Source of the DNA: Patescibacteria group bacterium
GTDB lineage: Bacteria > Patescibacteriota > Patescibacteriia > Patescibacteriales > UBA12465
DNA: 64,000 nucleotides
Assembly (NCBI GenBank): GCA_041650715.1
Contig: JBAZKQ010000001.1
Coordinates: 198,945 to 262,944 of the forward strand
Reading direction: 5' to 3'
The notes under the pieces are model-generated. The model saw only the letters and a program-made list of their open reading frames with translations, searched no databases and was not told where the DNA came from. The first letter of the stretch is position 1, and each line of letters starts with the position of its first letter. Both the position numbers and the translations under genes were made by a program. Below, piece after piece: positions 55,897-64,000 of this stretch.

Positions 55897-58440
55897 ATGT
55901 CTGAAAAAAAACGACAATTAAATATTAGTAATTCCAGCCTCGCGCCAGTGGGCGCCGGTTTTGTCGTTGATTTACGAAAAAAAATTAATTCCACGATTGC
56001 GGACGAGGCTGAGGTCCTTATTAAAAAGCAAAAAGAGTCAAAACTCAAAGTAGAGAAGACGGAAAAGGTAATCGCGCAAAAAACACTCCGCGAATTAAAA
56101 AGTTTAGAAAAAGATGTTTCGAAAATAAGGCCGAATTTATTAAGGATAAGCCGGGCTAAACGACCGGCGCGCAGTCCGCGTCAGGCGAAAGTGCGAGCAA
56201 GAACGGTTAAAAGCCTTTGGGCTAAAGTAGCGGCTGAGCAAACAGAACTTTTTAAGCAGGCAACGCGTTTAAATTTTAGAACAATCCGCGCCTCGGCTGA
56301 ACTCGAAAAAAAAATAGCGGCTGCGGAGGCAAAAGCCACCTGGTATCGTTCCGTGTTTTCCTTTGTCTTTGTCCTTATTCTTTTGGTTATTCCGCTTAAG
56401 CTTTTGTCTTATTTTAATTTTTTTGATTTAAGCAAAGTACAGGCCGAAATAGTTGATCGTTCGCAATCAGCGATGACCAGCTTAATGGCCGCAACCAATA
56501 GCGTCACAAAAATGGATTTTAAAAGTGCAGATACCGAGTTTCAGAGCGCGGGTGCCAACTTTTTGGCCGCCAAATCGCAACTGGATAATATCAGCGATTC
56601 GATTTTAGCCCTGGCCGCACTGTCGGGTGACCCTAAACTCAAGCTGGCCGCGGAAAGTAAAAAATTTTTGCGGGCGGGAGTAATCGCCTCGGCCCTGGGT
56701 AGTAATTTAGTTTTGGCCACTGATAGTCTTTTTAGCGGAGATAAAGAAAATTTTTCCTCGGCGCTTGATCACTTTAGTTATTATGGAAGTCAGGCCGTAA
56801 ATAATGCCGATGACCTGCAAGCTGAGCTAAAGAAAATTAATCCGGATAATCTTCCGCCGGAATATCAGGCTAAATTTATTAGTATTAGCCAGCAAGCTAC
56901 GCTGTTAAGCGAAAATTTGGCGACTTTTATCGGTGCCGGTTCGAAGTTAAAAGATTTTTTAGGAGCGACGAATGATAAGCGCTATTTGTTGGTTTTTCAA
57001 AATAATTCGGAAATGCGCGCTACGGGCGGGTTTATCGGCAGTTACGCTTTAGTCGATGTTAGAGACGGCAAAATTAGGAATTTAGAAGTCCCCGGCGGCG
57101 GATCCTATGATATGGAAGCGGGCATGAATGTTCGCGTTGCCGCGCCAAAACCGCTTTGGCTGGTTAATCCGCTCTGGCATTTTTGGGACGCAAATTGGTG
57201 GCCGAATTGGCCGACAACCGCTAAAAATTTGATGTGGTTTTATGAAAAGAGCGACGGACCGACGGTTGACGGCGTGATTGGCGTTACGCCGACTGTGGTC
57301 GAAAAGTTATTGGCTATTACCGGTCCGATTGATTTAACTAAAGAATACGGATTGACGATTGATGCGGATAATTTTTGGGAAACCGTACAAAAAATTGTCG
57401 AACAGAAAAATTTAGCGTCCAGCAATCCCTCATCCGTGGCCGGCGTGCCCGCCAGTTCGACACCGGTTTTGTCTTCTTTGCCGATTAAACAGGATTTGGA
57501 AATTAACGCTGATAATAAACCGAAAAAAATTATTGGGGATTTGATGGCTAAAATAATGGAAACTTTACCCAAGAAATTAAATTCAGAAAATTTAGTGAAA
57601 ATATTAGCCTTATTTGAGGAAAGTTTAAGCGAGAAACAGGTGCTATTTTATTTTTCTGACCCCGCTCTTGAGGCGGAGGTAGCGTCCCGCAATTGGGCCG
57701 GAGAAATTAAAAACACGGATCGTGATTATCTGGCAGTGATAAATACTAATATTGCGGGTCAAAAATCAGATCGCATGATGGCGGAAAAAATTGAACAAAC
57801 GAGTGAGGTCGCCGCGGACGGATCGATTATTAATACCCTAAAAATTACTCGGACGCATACTGGAGTAAAAAATGAAGTCATGACCGGAGTCCGCAACGTT
57901 GATTGGCTACGTGTCTATGTTCCAGGCGGTAGTGAATTATTATCGGCCGATGGTTTTCGCGCCCCCGACGCCAAATATTTAACCGAAAAACCGGACCCGT
58001 CTTGGACGGAAAATCCGCTGCTCGATAAAGAAAATCGAGCATTAATCGACGAAAGTAGCGGTACGAAAGTTTACGCGGAAGATGATAAAACGGTGTTTGC
58101 CAATTGGTTGATGGTTGATCCGGGAGAAAGCGCGGTGGTAACTCTGAAATACCGTTTACCGTTTAATTTTTTTGCTACCACACAAAAAAATGATTGGCTT
58201 TCGAAAATAGATAATTTTATAAATCCGGAGAGCGCAGTGCCGACCCCTTATAGTTTATTAGTGCAGAAACAGGCCGGGGCGGTCGCTTCAGACTTCAGTA
58301 GCCAGCTTGTTTTGCCTGCCTCGGTTTCACTTATTTGGAGTTATCCGGAAAATTTAAGCGGAGATCATGGTTGGAGTATAAACACAAAATTAGATGCCGA
58401 TAAATATTGGTCTATCTTAATAAAGAATAATAATCAATAA
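55897..58440 (+). CDS. DUF4012 domain membrane protein (847 aa)
   Basis: Basic cytoplasmic N-terminus and one TM helix. Signature YLLVFQNNSEMRATGGFIGSYALVDVRDGKI as I recall for DUF4012. Confidence 0.7.
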   Translation: MSEKKRQLNISNSSLAPVGAGFVVDLRKKINSTIADEAEVLIKKQKESKLKVEKTEKVIAQKTLRELKSLEKDVSKIRPNLLRISRAKRPARSPRQAKVRARTVKSLWAKVAAEQTELFKQATRLNFRTIRASAELEKKIAAAEAKATWYRSVFSFVFVLILLVIPLKLLSYFNFFDLSKVQAEIVDRSQSAMTSLMAATNSVTKMDFKSADTEFQSAGANFLAAKSQLDNISDSILALAALSGDPKLKLAAESKKFLRAGVIASALGSNLVLATDSLFSGDKENFSSALDHFSYYGSQAVNNADDLQAELKKINPDNLPPEYQAKFISISQQATLLSENLATFIGAGSKLKDFLGATNDKRYLLVFQNNSEMRATGGFIGSYALVDVRDGKIRNLEVPGGGSYDMEAGMNVRVAAPKPLWLVNPLWHFWDANWWPNWPTTAKNLMWFYEKSDGPTVDGVIGVTPTVVEKLLAITGPIDLTKEYGLTIDADNFWETVQKIVEQKNLASSNPSSVAGVPASSTPVLSSLPIKQDLEINADNKPKKIIGDLMAKIMETLPKKLNSENLVKILALFEESLSEKQVLFYFSDPALEAEVASRNWAGEIKNTDRDYLAVINTNIAGQKSDRMMAEKIEQTSEVAADGSIINTLKITRTHTGVKNEVMTGVRNVDWLRVYVPGGSELLSADGFRAPDAKYLTEKPDPSWTENPLLDKENRALIDESSGTKVYAEDDKTVFANWLMVDPGESAVVTLKYRLPFNFFATTQKNDWLSKIDNFINPESAVPTPYSLLVQKQAGAVASDFSSQLVLPASVSLIWSYPENLSGDHGWSINTKLDADKYWSILIKNNNQ

Positions 58441-58443
58441 TAT

Positions 58444-60435
58444 ATGGCGGAAGAAAAAAAAGTTAAAAAAGTTTTACGCGTCGACAAGGAAGATTATTCC
58501 GGTTTGTCCGCTTTTGTCGAACGCCCGGTGCCCAGCGAAAAGGAAGTTGCCAGTTTTGACCGCGTGGTAAACCGCGAGGCGCGCAATCAGGAAATTGATA
58601 CAAATTTATCCGAAATTTATAAAGATCGAAAGGGAGCCATGGTCGATGTTAGAAAAATGAAAGTCAAAAAAAGAAGATTGCTGGTCATTCGGTTTTTTCG
58701 TAGTATTCTCTTGATTACTATTCTGGCCGGTTTGGCTTATTTTGCCTATTCGTATTTTTTTGATTCTACTACGGACTCAAGCGCTTTGGAATTAAGTATT
58801 ACTGCACCCGATAAGATACTGGCCGGAGAAAATTTTACTTATAAAATAGTTTATCATAACCCCAGCAAATTCAGTTTAACTAAAGTCTATTTGGAAATTC
58901 AATATCCGGAGAATTTTATTATGGCCTCGAGCTCGGTTCCCGCGCAAAGCGGTAATTACGGCTGGAATCTCTCCGATATCAATCCGGGCGCAAGCGGGTC
59001 GCTGGAAATTTCCGGTTATTTAATTAATAAGCCGGATGCCGTTAATCTCATTTCCGCTCGTTTGAGCTACATGCCTTTGAATTATTCAAGCCAATTCAAA
59101 AAAGAAGCTTCGGCTTCGACGATTGTCAGCAGCCCGGGATTTCAAGTAGATTTAGAAAGCAGTAACACAGCTTTTATTGGCCAGGATAATACGATGACTT
59201 TGGTAATTTCCGATATTAAAAATAATTATTTAGGTGACATTAATCTTTCTTTTTCTCTGCCCGCAGAAACCAATGCGCAGGTTGTGTCGAGTGCAATTTC
59301 CAGCGCGACGACGACTGATTCAGGCGCGCCCAAGGTTAGTATCAGTAAAACTGGTGGCACGAGCTGGTCTATCGGTTCCTTGAATGCCGATTCGGGACGC
59401 CAGGAAATTCCGCTTAGTTATCGCATTGGCACCAAGATTGATAATCCCAGTATCAGCGTGCGTTTGGAAAAAAAGTTGGAAGACGGACAGTCATACGTTT
59501 TTTGGGAAAAGACTATTACGCCCGAATTAGTAAAAAGTGATTTAAATTTAAGTATTTCTTTGGACGGCAGTACAAGCGACACGGCCGTTAATTTTGGTCA
59601 GGTCTTAAATTATACGATTGGTTATAGCAATAAGGGCAGCAATACTTTTAAAGATGTCGTCTTGATGGCAGCCGTCAGCGGTGATTTTCTCAATCTCAAA
59701 TCTTTAATCATGGACAAAGCGGGAGAGGTAAACGGCAATTCAATTATTTGGACAAAAAATGAAATTCCAGAACTGGCCGAAATAAAGCCGGGCCAGGACG
59801 GAAAAATAAATTTCAGCATTAATGTTTTAAATTATAATGATGGCGATATCGGTAAAAACATGGCGATTAGCGCTTACGCGCAGTACGGCGTTAATAATCA
59901 GGCGGTTAAAGGTGAGGACAATAAAAGTAATACTATTGTGAGTCAAATCAATAGCGATTTAAATCTTGATGAGCAAATTCGGTATTTTAATGATGATAAT
60001 CAGCCGGTTGGATCAGGACCGCTCCCGCCTAAAGTCGGGGAAAGTAGCGGTTTTCGCGTGTACTGGGTGGTAAAAAATAATTTACATGAGCTTAGAGACG
60101 CCAAGGTAGTTTATGATCTGCCGGCGGAGATTAACTTTGATAATAAAACCTCCACTACCGTCGGGACGCTAAGCTACAACGCGCTTACTCGGCAAGTAAT
60201 TTGGGAAATCGGTCTCTTGCCCGTTTCTGTTTATCAGGCAAGCGCTGAATTTGGGATTACGCTAACGCCGAGTGAAAATGACCGTAATAAAATTTTGGTG
60301 CTCACTTCCGGAGCGACGGTAAGCGCTACTGACAGCGAAACAAAAAGTACGATTATAAAAAAATCCGGCCCCAAAACAAGTAAATTGGAGGATGATGAAA
60401 TTGCGGGCATGAATAATAACGGCCGCGTACAATAA
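58444..60435 (+). CDS. membrane-anchored surface protein with repeated DUF11/CARDB-like beta-sandwich domains (663 aa)
   Basis: Cytoplasmic N-terminus and a TM helix at about residue 85. Repeated modules such as ILAGENFTYKIVYHNPS...INPGASGSLEISGYL and FGQVLNYTIGYSNKGSN...IKPGQDGKINFSINV. Confidence 0.6.
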   Translation: MAEEKKVKKVLRVDKEDYSGLSAFVERPVPSEKEVASFDRVVNREARNQEIDTNLSEIYKDRKGAMVDVRKMKVKKRRLLVIRFFRSILLITILAGLAYFAYSYFFDSTTDSSALELSITAPDKILAGENFTYKIVYHNPSKFSLTKVYLEIQYPENFIMASSSVPAQSGNYGWNLSDINPGASGSLEISGYLINKPDAVNLISARLSYMPLNYSSQFKKEASASTIVSSPGFQVDLESSNTAFIGQDNTMTLVISDIKNNYLGDINLSFSLPAETNAQVVSSAISSATTTDSGAPKVSISKTGGTSWSIGSLNADSGRQEIPLSYRIGTKIDNPSISVRLEKKLEDGQSYVFWEKTITPELVKSDLNLSISLDGSTSDTAVNFGQVLNYTIGYSNKGSNTFKDVVLMAAVSGDFLNLKSLIMDKAGEVNGNSIIWTKNEIPELAEIKPGQDGKINFSINVLNYNDGDIGKNMAISAYAQYGVNNQAVKGEDNKSNTIVSQINSDLNLDEQIRYFNDDNQPVGSGPLPPKVGESSGFRVYWVVKNNLHELRDAKVVYDLPAEINFDNKTSTTVGTLSYNALTRQVIWEIGLLPVSVYQASAEFGITLTPSENDRNKILVLTSGATVSATDSETKSTIIKKSGPKTSKLEDDEIAGMNNNGRVQ

Positions 60436-60438
60436 TTT

Positions 60439-61542
60439 ATGTTTAAGACTATTAATATAAGTAAGACCGGCATTCGGCACGGGATTCTTAAAACCGCGCA
60501 TGGTACGCTCGGCACGCCTTTTTATATGCCCGATGCGACGCGTGGTTTTATAAAATTGACGACGGCAGGAGAGGTGCGGCAAACCGGGACGGAAGCCCTG
60601 GTAGTCAATACTTTCCATTTATATTTGCAACCGGGATTAAATATTATTAAGCGAGCCGGCGGTATCCATAAATTTATGGATTGGTCCGGGCCGCTCTTGT
60701 CAGACTCGGGCGGATTTCAGGTTTTCTCTTTGATTCATAAGAATCCGCTCATGGGAAAAATCAGCGATCAGGCGGTTACCTTCAAGTCGCCACTGGACGG
60801 GTCGAAGCATGAATTTACACCGGAAAAATCTATTCAGATTCAGTTTGCTCTGGGTGTCGACATGATGGTTTGCCTGGATGATTGCCCGCCTAATGAATTC
60901 TCTCGGCCGGATTTAGAGGTGGCGGTCACGCGTACTATTAATTGGGCCAAAAGATGCAAAGCTGAATATTTGCGTCAGATAAAGAAGAAAAAATTATCCG
61001 GAGTAAACCGACCCCTGCTTTTTGCGGTTATCCAAGGTGGAGCTGAGCTCGATTTACGCGAAACTTGCGCCCGCGAATTGGTAAAAATTGGCTTTGACGG
61101 CTATGGTTTCGGAGCCCGTCCGATTGATAAGGACGGGAATTTTTTAGAGGAAGTTTTGCAAAAAACAGCCTCATATATTCCAGTGAATGCGCTGCGTTTC
61201 GCTCTTGGTATTGGTACGCCCGAGGATATTGAACGTTGCGCCCGTATGGGTTGGGATATGTTTGATTGCGTTATTCCGACGCGCGAGGGCCGGCATGGTA
61301 AATTATTCATGGCCGAGGGGAAGGGGCAGTATTCAACTTTAAATATAAATAATGCACGCTTTAGCTCTGATTTTACAGTCATCAATAAAAAGAGTAAGAT
61401 AAGCGAGCTGAAAAAACACAGCCGCAGCTATCTGCACCATCTTTTTAAGTTGAGAGAGGCGCTGGGCCAGAAATTGGCGAGCCTCAATAATTTAGAATTC
61501 TATCAGAAACTCCTAAAAGATCTGCGCCAGAGCCGAAGTTAA
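60439..61542 (+). CDS. tgt: tRNA-guanine transglycosylase family protein (divergent Tgt)
   Basis: TPFYMPDAT, NTFHLYLQPG, LSDSGGFQVFSL, LGIGTPEDI and MFDCVIPTREGRHG motifs. The zinc-site and pocket motifs are altered (see findings). Confidence 0.85.
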   Translation: MFKTINISKTGIRHGILKTAHGTLGTPFYMPDATRGFIKLTTAGEVRQTGTEALVVNTFHLYLQPGLNIIKRAGGIHKFMDWSGPLLSDSGGFQVFSLIHKNPLMGKISDQAVTFKSPLDGSKHEFTPEKSIQIQFALGVDMMVCLDDCPPNEFSRPDLEVAVTRTINWAKRCKAEYLRQIKKKKLSGVNRPLLFAVIQGGAELDLRETCARELVKIGFDGYGFGARPIDKDGNFLEEVLQKTASYIPVNALRFALGIGTPEDIERCARMGWDMFDCVIPTREGRHGKLFMAEGKGQYSTLNINNARFSSDFTVINKKSKISELKKHSRSYLHHLFKLREALGQKLASLNNLEFYQKLLKDLRQSRS

Positions 61543-61560
61543 TACCTAAACATTTAATTT

Positions 61561-62685
61561 ATGATGCAATTAATTTTTTTTGCGGTTTCTATCCTGGTTT
61601 TGATGGCCGGTCATATTTTATTTTGGCTTGCTTTTGTTATTCTTTTTCACATTACTTCATTCGAGGGACGCTTAGTGGCCGCCGCCATTATTCTTTTTTT
61701 GTATTTGAGCACAATCACTGCGTCATATTTAATTCATAAAATAGATAATCTACTCACTCGCTGGTACTACATCGTGACTGGATTTTGGATCGGGCTATTT
61801 GTAAATTTTAGCTTAATGGTTATCCTGATCTATATTTTAAAATTAGGGGGTGATTATTTTGATTACAATTTTCCGCTTATCGTATTTAAAATCATTTTTT
61901 TCGGAGGCGCGAGCCTGCTTTCGATTTATGGTCTTTATTCGGCTTGGCAGCCGAAGGTATCGACCTACCAGGTTGTCATCAAGGACCTGCCCGATAGTTG
62001 GGATAATAAGGTTGTCGTGCAGATTTCCGATGTTCATCTTGGTCCGGTCTATAGGGAACATTTTTTCTCTCGCCTACTGTCTAAAGTCCAAGCGCTTAAT
62101 CCCGAAGCGGTCTTTATTACCGGCGATCTTTTTGACGGCATGGAATCGGATTTTAGCTGGCTCAACCATCCTTTTCGCCGAATGAGCGTACCTCGAGGAA
62201 TATATTATTCATTCGGTAATCATGATTTATATCTTGGCTTTAATCGGGCGATTGCCCTGCTTCAGGAGAGTCCGATCGTGATATTAGACAACAAGATGGT
62301 GCTGGTCGACGGTCTGCAAATAATCGGCATCAATTACTCGTTTAACAAAGATTTCGATTTGGAGGCGGCCATTTTAAAACAAGTTGCTTATAGCAAGGAG
62401 AAAGCCAGTATCTTATTATTCCACGAACCCAAAAATATAAAATTCGCCAAAAACGCCGAAATCGATTTGCAGCTATCCGGGCACACTCATAACGGTCAGC
62501 TGTTTCCGTTTAATTACCTGGCAAAGCTTTTTTATAAGGGCTATGCGGCCGGCTTATTCAGCGACGGCGATTTTTCATTAATAGTAAATCGCGGTGCCGG
62601 CACCTGGGGCCCACCGATGCGAACCAGCGGAAGAAGTGAAATTGTAAAAATTATTCTTAAGAAAAAACAAAATGAATCTATCTAA
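61561..62685 (+). CDS. membrane-bound metallophosphoesterase (YkuE/YaeI-like)
   Basis: Four N-terminal TM helices. ISDVHLG, TGDLFDG, GNHD and GHTHNGQ motifs. Confidence 0.85.
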   Translation: MMQLIFFAVSILVLMAGHILFWLAFVILFHITSFEGRLVAAAIILFLYLSTITASYLIHKIDNLLTRWYYIVTGFWIGLFVNFSLMVILIYILKLGGDYFDYNFPLIVFKIIFFGGASLLSIYGLYSAWQPKVSTYQVVIKDLPDSWDNKVVVQISDVHLGPVYREHFFSRLLSKVQALNPEAVFITGDLFDGMESDFSWLNHPFRRMSVPRGIYYSFGNHDLYLGFNRAIALLQESPIVILDNKMVLVDGLQIIGINYSFNKDFDLEAAILKQVAYSKEKASILLFHEPKNIKFAKNAEIDLQLSGHTHNGQLFPFNYLAKLFYKGYAAGLFSDGDFSLIVNRGAGTWGPPMRTSGRSEIVKIILKKKQNESI

Positions 62686-63679
62686 ATTATCTCAGACTTT
62701 GGCCGACCAGCCCAAATATCGCTACGCTCAGGTTAATAAAGCGCTCTGGCAAGATTTTATTTCTTCGTGGCAAGAGGTATCTAATTTACCGACTGCTTTA
62801 CGCGAAAAACTAAGCACGGAGTGTCCGCTTGATATTAACGTTAGCCTCGAAAAAAATAAAAGCCGTAATAAAAGCGTAAAAGCCCTAATTACTCTCTCCG
62901 ATGGCGAGGTGATCGAAACGGTTTTAATCAGACAAAAAGAAAAAAGGAATACGGTCTGCGTGTCTTCGCAAGTTGGCTGCGCTTTGGCCTGCGAATTTTG
63001 CGCGACTGGCGCCTTCGGCTTTCGCCGGGATTTAAAATCCGAGGAAATTGTCGAACAGGTAATTTTTTGGGAACGCTATCTGCGGCTTGAAGCCAAGGAG
63101 GAAAAAGTTGATAATATCGTTTTTATGGGTATGGGCGAGCCTTTTCTGAATTATGCTGAATTTATCAAAGCCGCTAAGTTTATTAATAATCCTGAAACTT
63201 TAAATATCGGTTCGCGCCGCCTTTCCGTTTCGACCGCAGGAATCACCGAGGGTATAAAAAAATTAGCCGGTGAGAAAATGCAAATAAATTTAGCGATTTC
63301 TTTGCATGCCTCTAACGATAATTTGCGCCGCGACTTAATGCCCATTGCCCAAAAATATAATTTACATGAAATTTTAAAAACAGTCGATAATTATATAACT
63401 AAAACGGGCCGTCGCGTGATGTTTGAATATTTAATGATGAAAGGAATTAACGATAGCGACAAAGACGCCTTAGAACTGATTAAATTATTGAAAAAACCCC
63501 TGTATATGGTTAATTTAATTCCGTATAATCCGACGGGCCGCTTTCAGGCTTCGAGTCGGGAGCGGATTGAGAAATTTAAAAAAATATTAGAAGAGAGCGG
63601 CGTGGCTGTCACCGTTCGCTTAAGTTTCGGCGCCGATATTACGGCAGCCTGCGGACAGCTTCGCGGTAAACATAAATAA
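62672..63679 (+). CDS. rlmN: 23S rRNA/tRNA (adenine-C2)-methyltransferase, radical SAM
   Basis: CALACEFCATG radical-SAM cluster motif, GMGEPFLNY, and C-terminal ACGQL. Confidence 0.95.
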   Translation: MNLSKLSQTLADQPKYRYAQVNKALWQDFISSWQEVSNLPTALREKLSTECPLDINVSLEKNKSRNKSVKALITLSDGEVIETVLIRQKEKRNTVCVSSQVGCALACEFCATGAFGFRRDLKSEEIVEQVIFWERYLRLEAKEEKVDNIVFMGMGEPFLNYAEFIKAAKFINNPETLNIGSRRLSVSTAGITEGIKKLAGEKMQINLAISLHASNDNLRRDLMPIAQKYNLHEILKTVDNYITKTGRRVMFEYLMMKGINDSDKDALELIKLLKKPLYMVNLIPYNPTGRFQASSRERIEKFKKILEESGVAVTVRLSFGADITAACGQLRGKHK

Positions 63680-63682
63680 GCT

Positions 63683-64000
63683 ATGCGCATTAATCAAAAA
63701 TCAGGTTTAATTATTGCTGTTTCGGGTGGGCCGGGAACGGGGAAGTCGACCTTGGTACGCCAATTGGCGGCGGCCTATGGCGCTACGGCGCTATTTGAGG
63801 GTGAGGAAAAAGATTTTCCGGAGGAAGTGCGCGTCGGAATAAAAACCGGCCAAGCGCAGTTGGCGACCAGACTGTATTTTCGCAATAAAACGTTTGCGCA
63901 ATATGTTGATGCTCTCTCCCGGAAAGCGGCCGGAGAAATCGTTATTTTGGATAATTTTTGGCTGGTTAATGAGGTTTGCTGCCATGAATTTTTGCATGAG
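63683..64000 (+). CDS. P-loop kinase (deoxynucleoside kinase-like), N-terminal fragment running off the window
   Basis: MRINQKSGLIIAVSGGPGTGKSTLVRQLA P-loop. Open to the window end. The opposing 63791..63997 ORF is a shadow. Confidence 0.5.
   Translation, partial: MRINQKSGLIIAVSGGPGTGKSTLVRQLAAAYGATALFEGEEKDFPEEVRVGIKTGQAQLATRLYFRNKTFAQYVDALSRKAAGEIVILDNFWLVNEVCCHEFLHE

Noticed and set aside
63791-63997. A minus-strand 68-aa ORF at the window edge.
   Set aside because: It lies antisense to the P-loop kinase ORF, which carries a clear Walker A motif.

Overview
The window reads as a densely packed, AT-rich chromosomal segment of a small-genome bacterium, most consistent with the Candidate Phyla Radiation / Patescibacteria. 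This placement is inferred from gene content: a T4SS-pilin-like protein, DUF4012, a sigma-region-4/HARE-HTH protein, short operons and very little biosynthesis. ORFs are long and uninterrupted under the standard genetic code.

Recognisable content:
- Housekeeping genes: gyrB, tpiA, mutM, rpmG, adk, rarA, hisS, typA, rnhB, cysS, dus, tsaB-like, mraZ-rsmH-ftsL-ftsI-murF, tgt, rlmN.
- Five tRNAs: Thr-GGU, Tyr-GUA, Trp-CCA, Leu-CAG, Val-CAC.
- Oxidative-stress pair: rubrerythrin plus an untracked 39-aa desulforedoxin.
- Copper module: CsoR, an HMA-permease-cupredoxin fusion, CopA, and a CsoR operator.
- ECF sigma / anti-sigma module followed by a lipoprotein-HlyD-MacB (Ykn-like) export operon.
- An SPFH (band 7) operon and a Cys-rich pilin-like protein.
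- A reversed OMP decarboxylase-PRTase fusion.
- A long envelope block: rmlD, rmlA-like, GT2, sigma4/HARE-HTH, TM protein, GT4, DUF4012, multi-Ig surface protein.

I see no rRNA, CRISPR array, transposase, integrase, reverse transcriptase or recognisable defence system.

The most interesting candidates are modest and unproven:
1. The tight TM-protein/GT4/DUF4012/surface-protein operon (53203-60435).
2. A two-gene islet next to tRNA-Tyr (10025-11483) encoding a zinc-ribbon/HTH protein and an acidic protein.
3. A Tgt homolog lacking all zinc ligands and with a rewritten substrate pocket.
4. The reversed PyrF-PRTase fusion.

All coordinates and motifs were read by eye. No database search was run.
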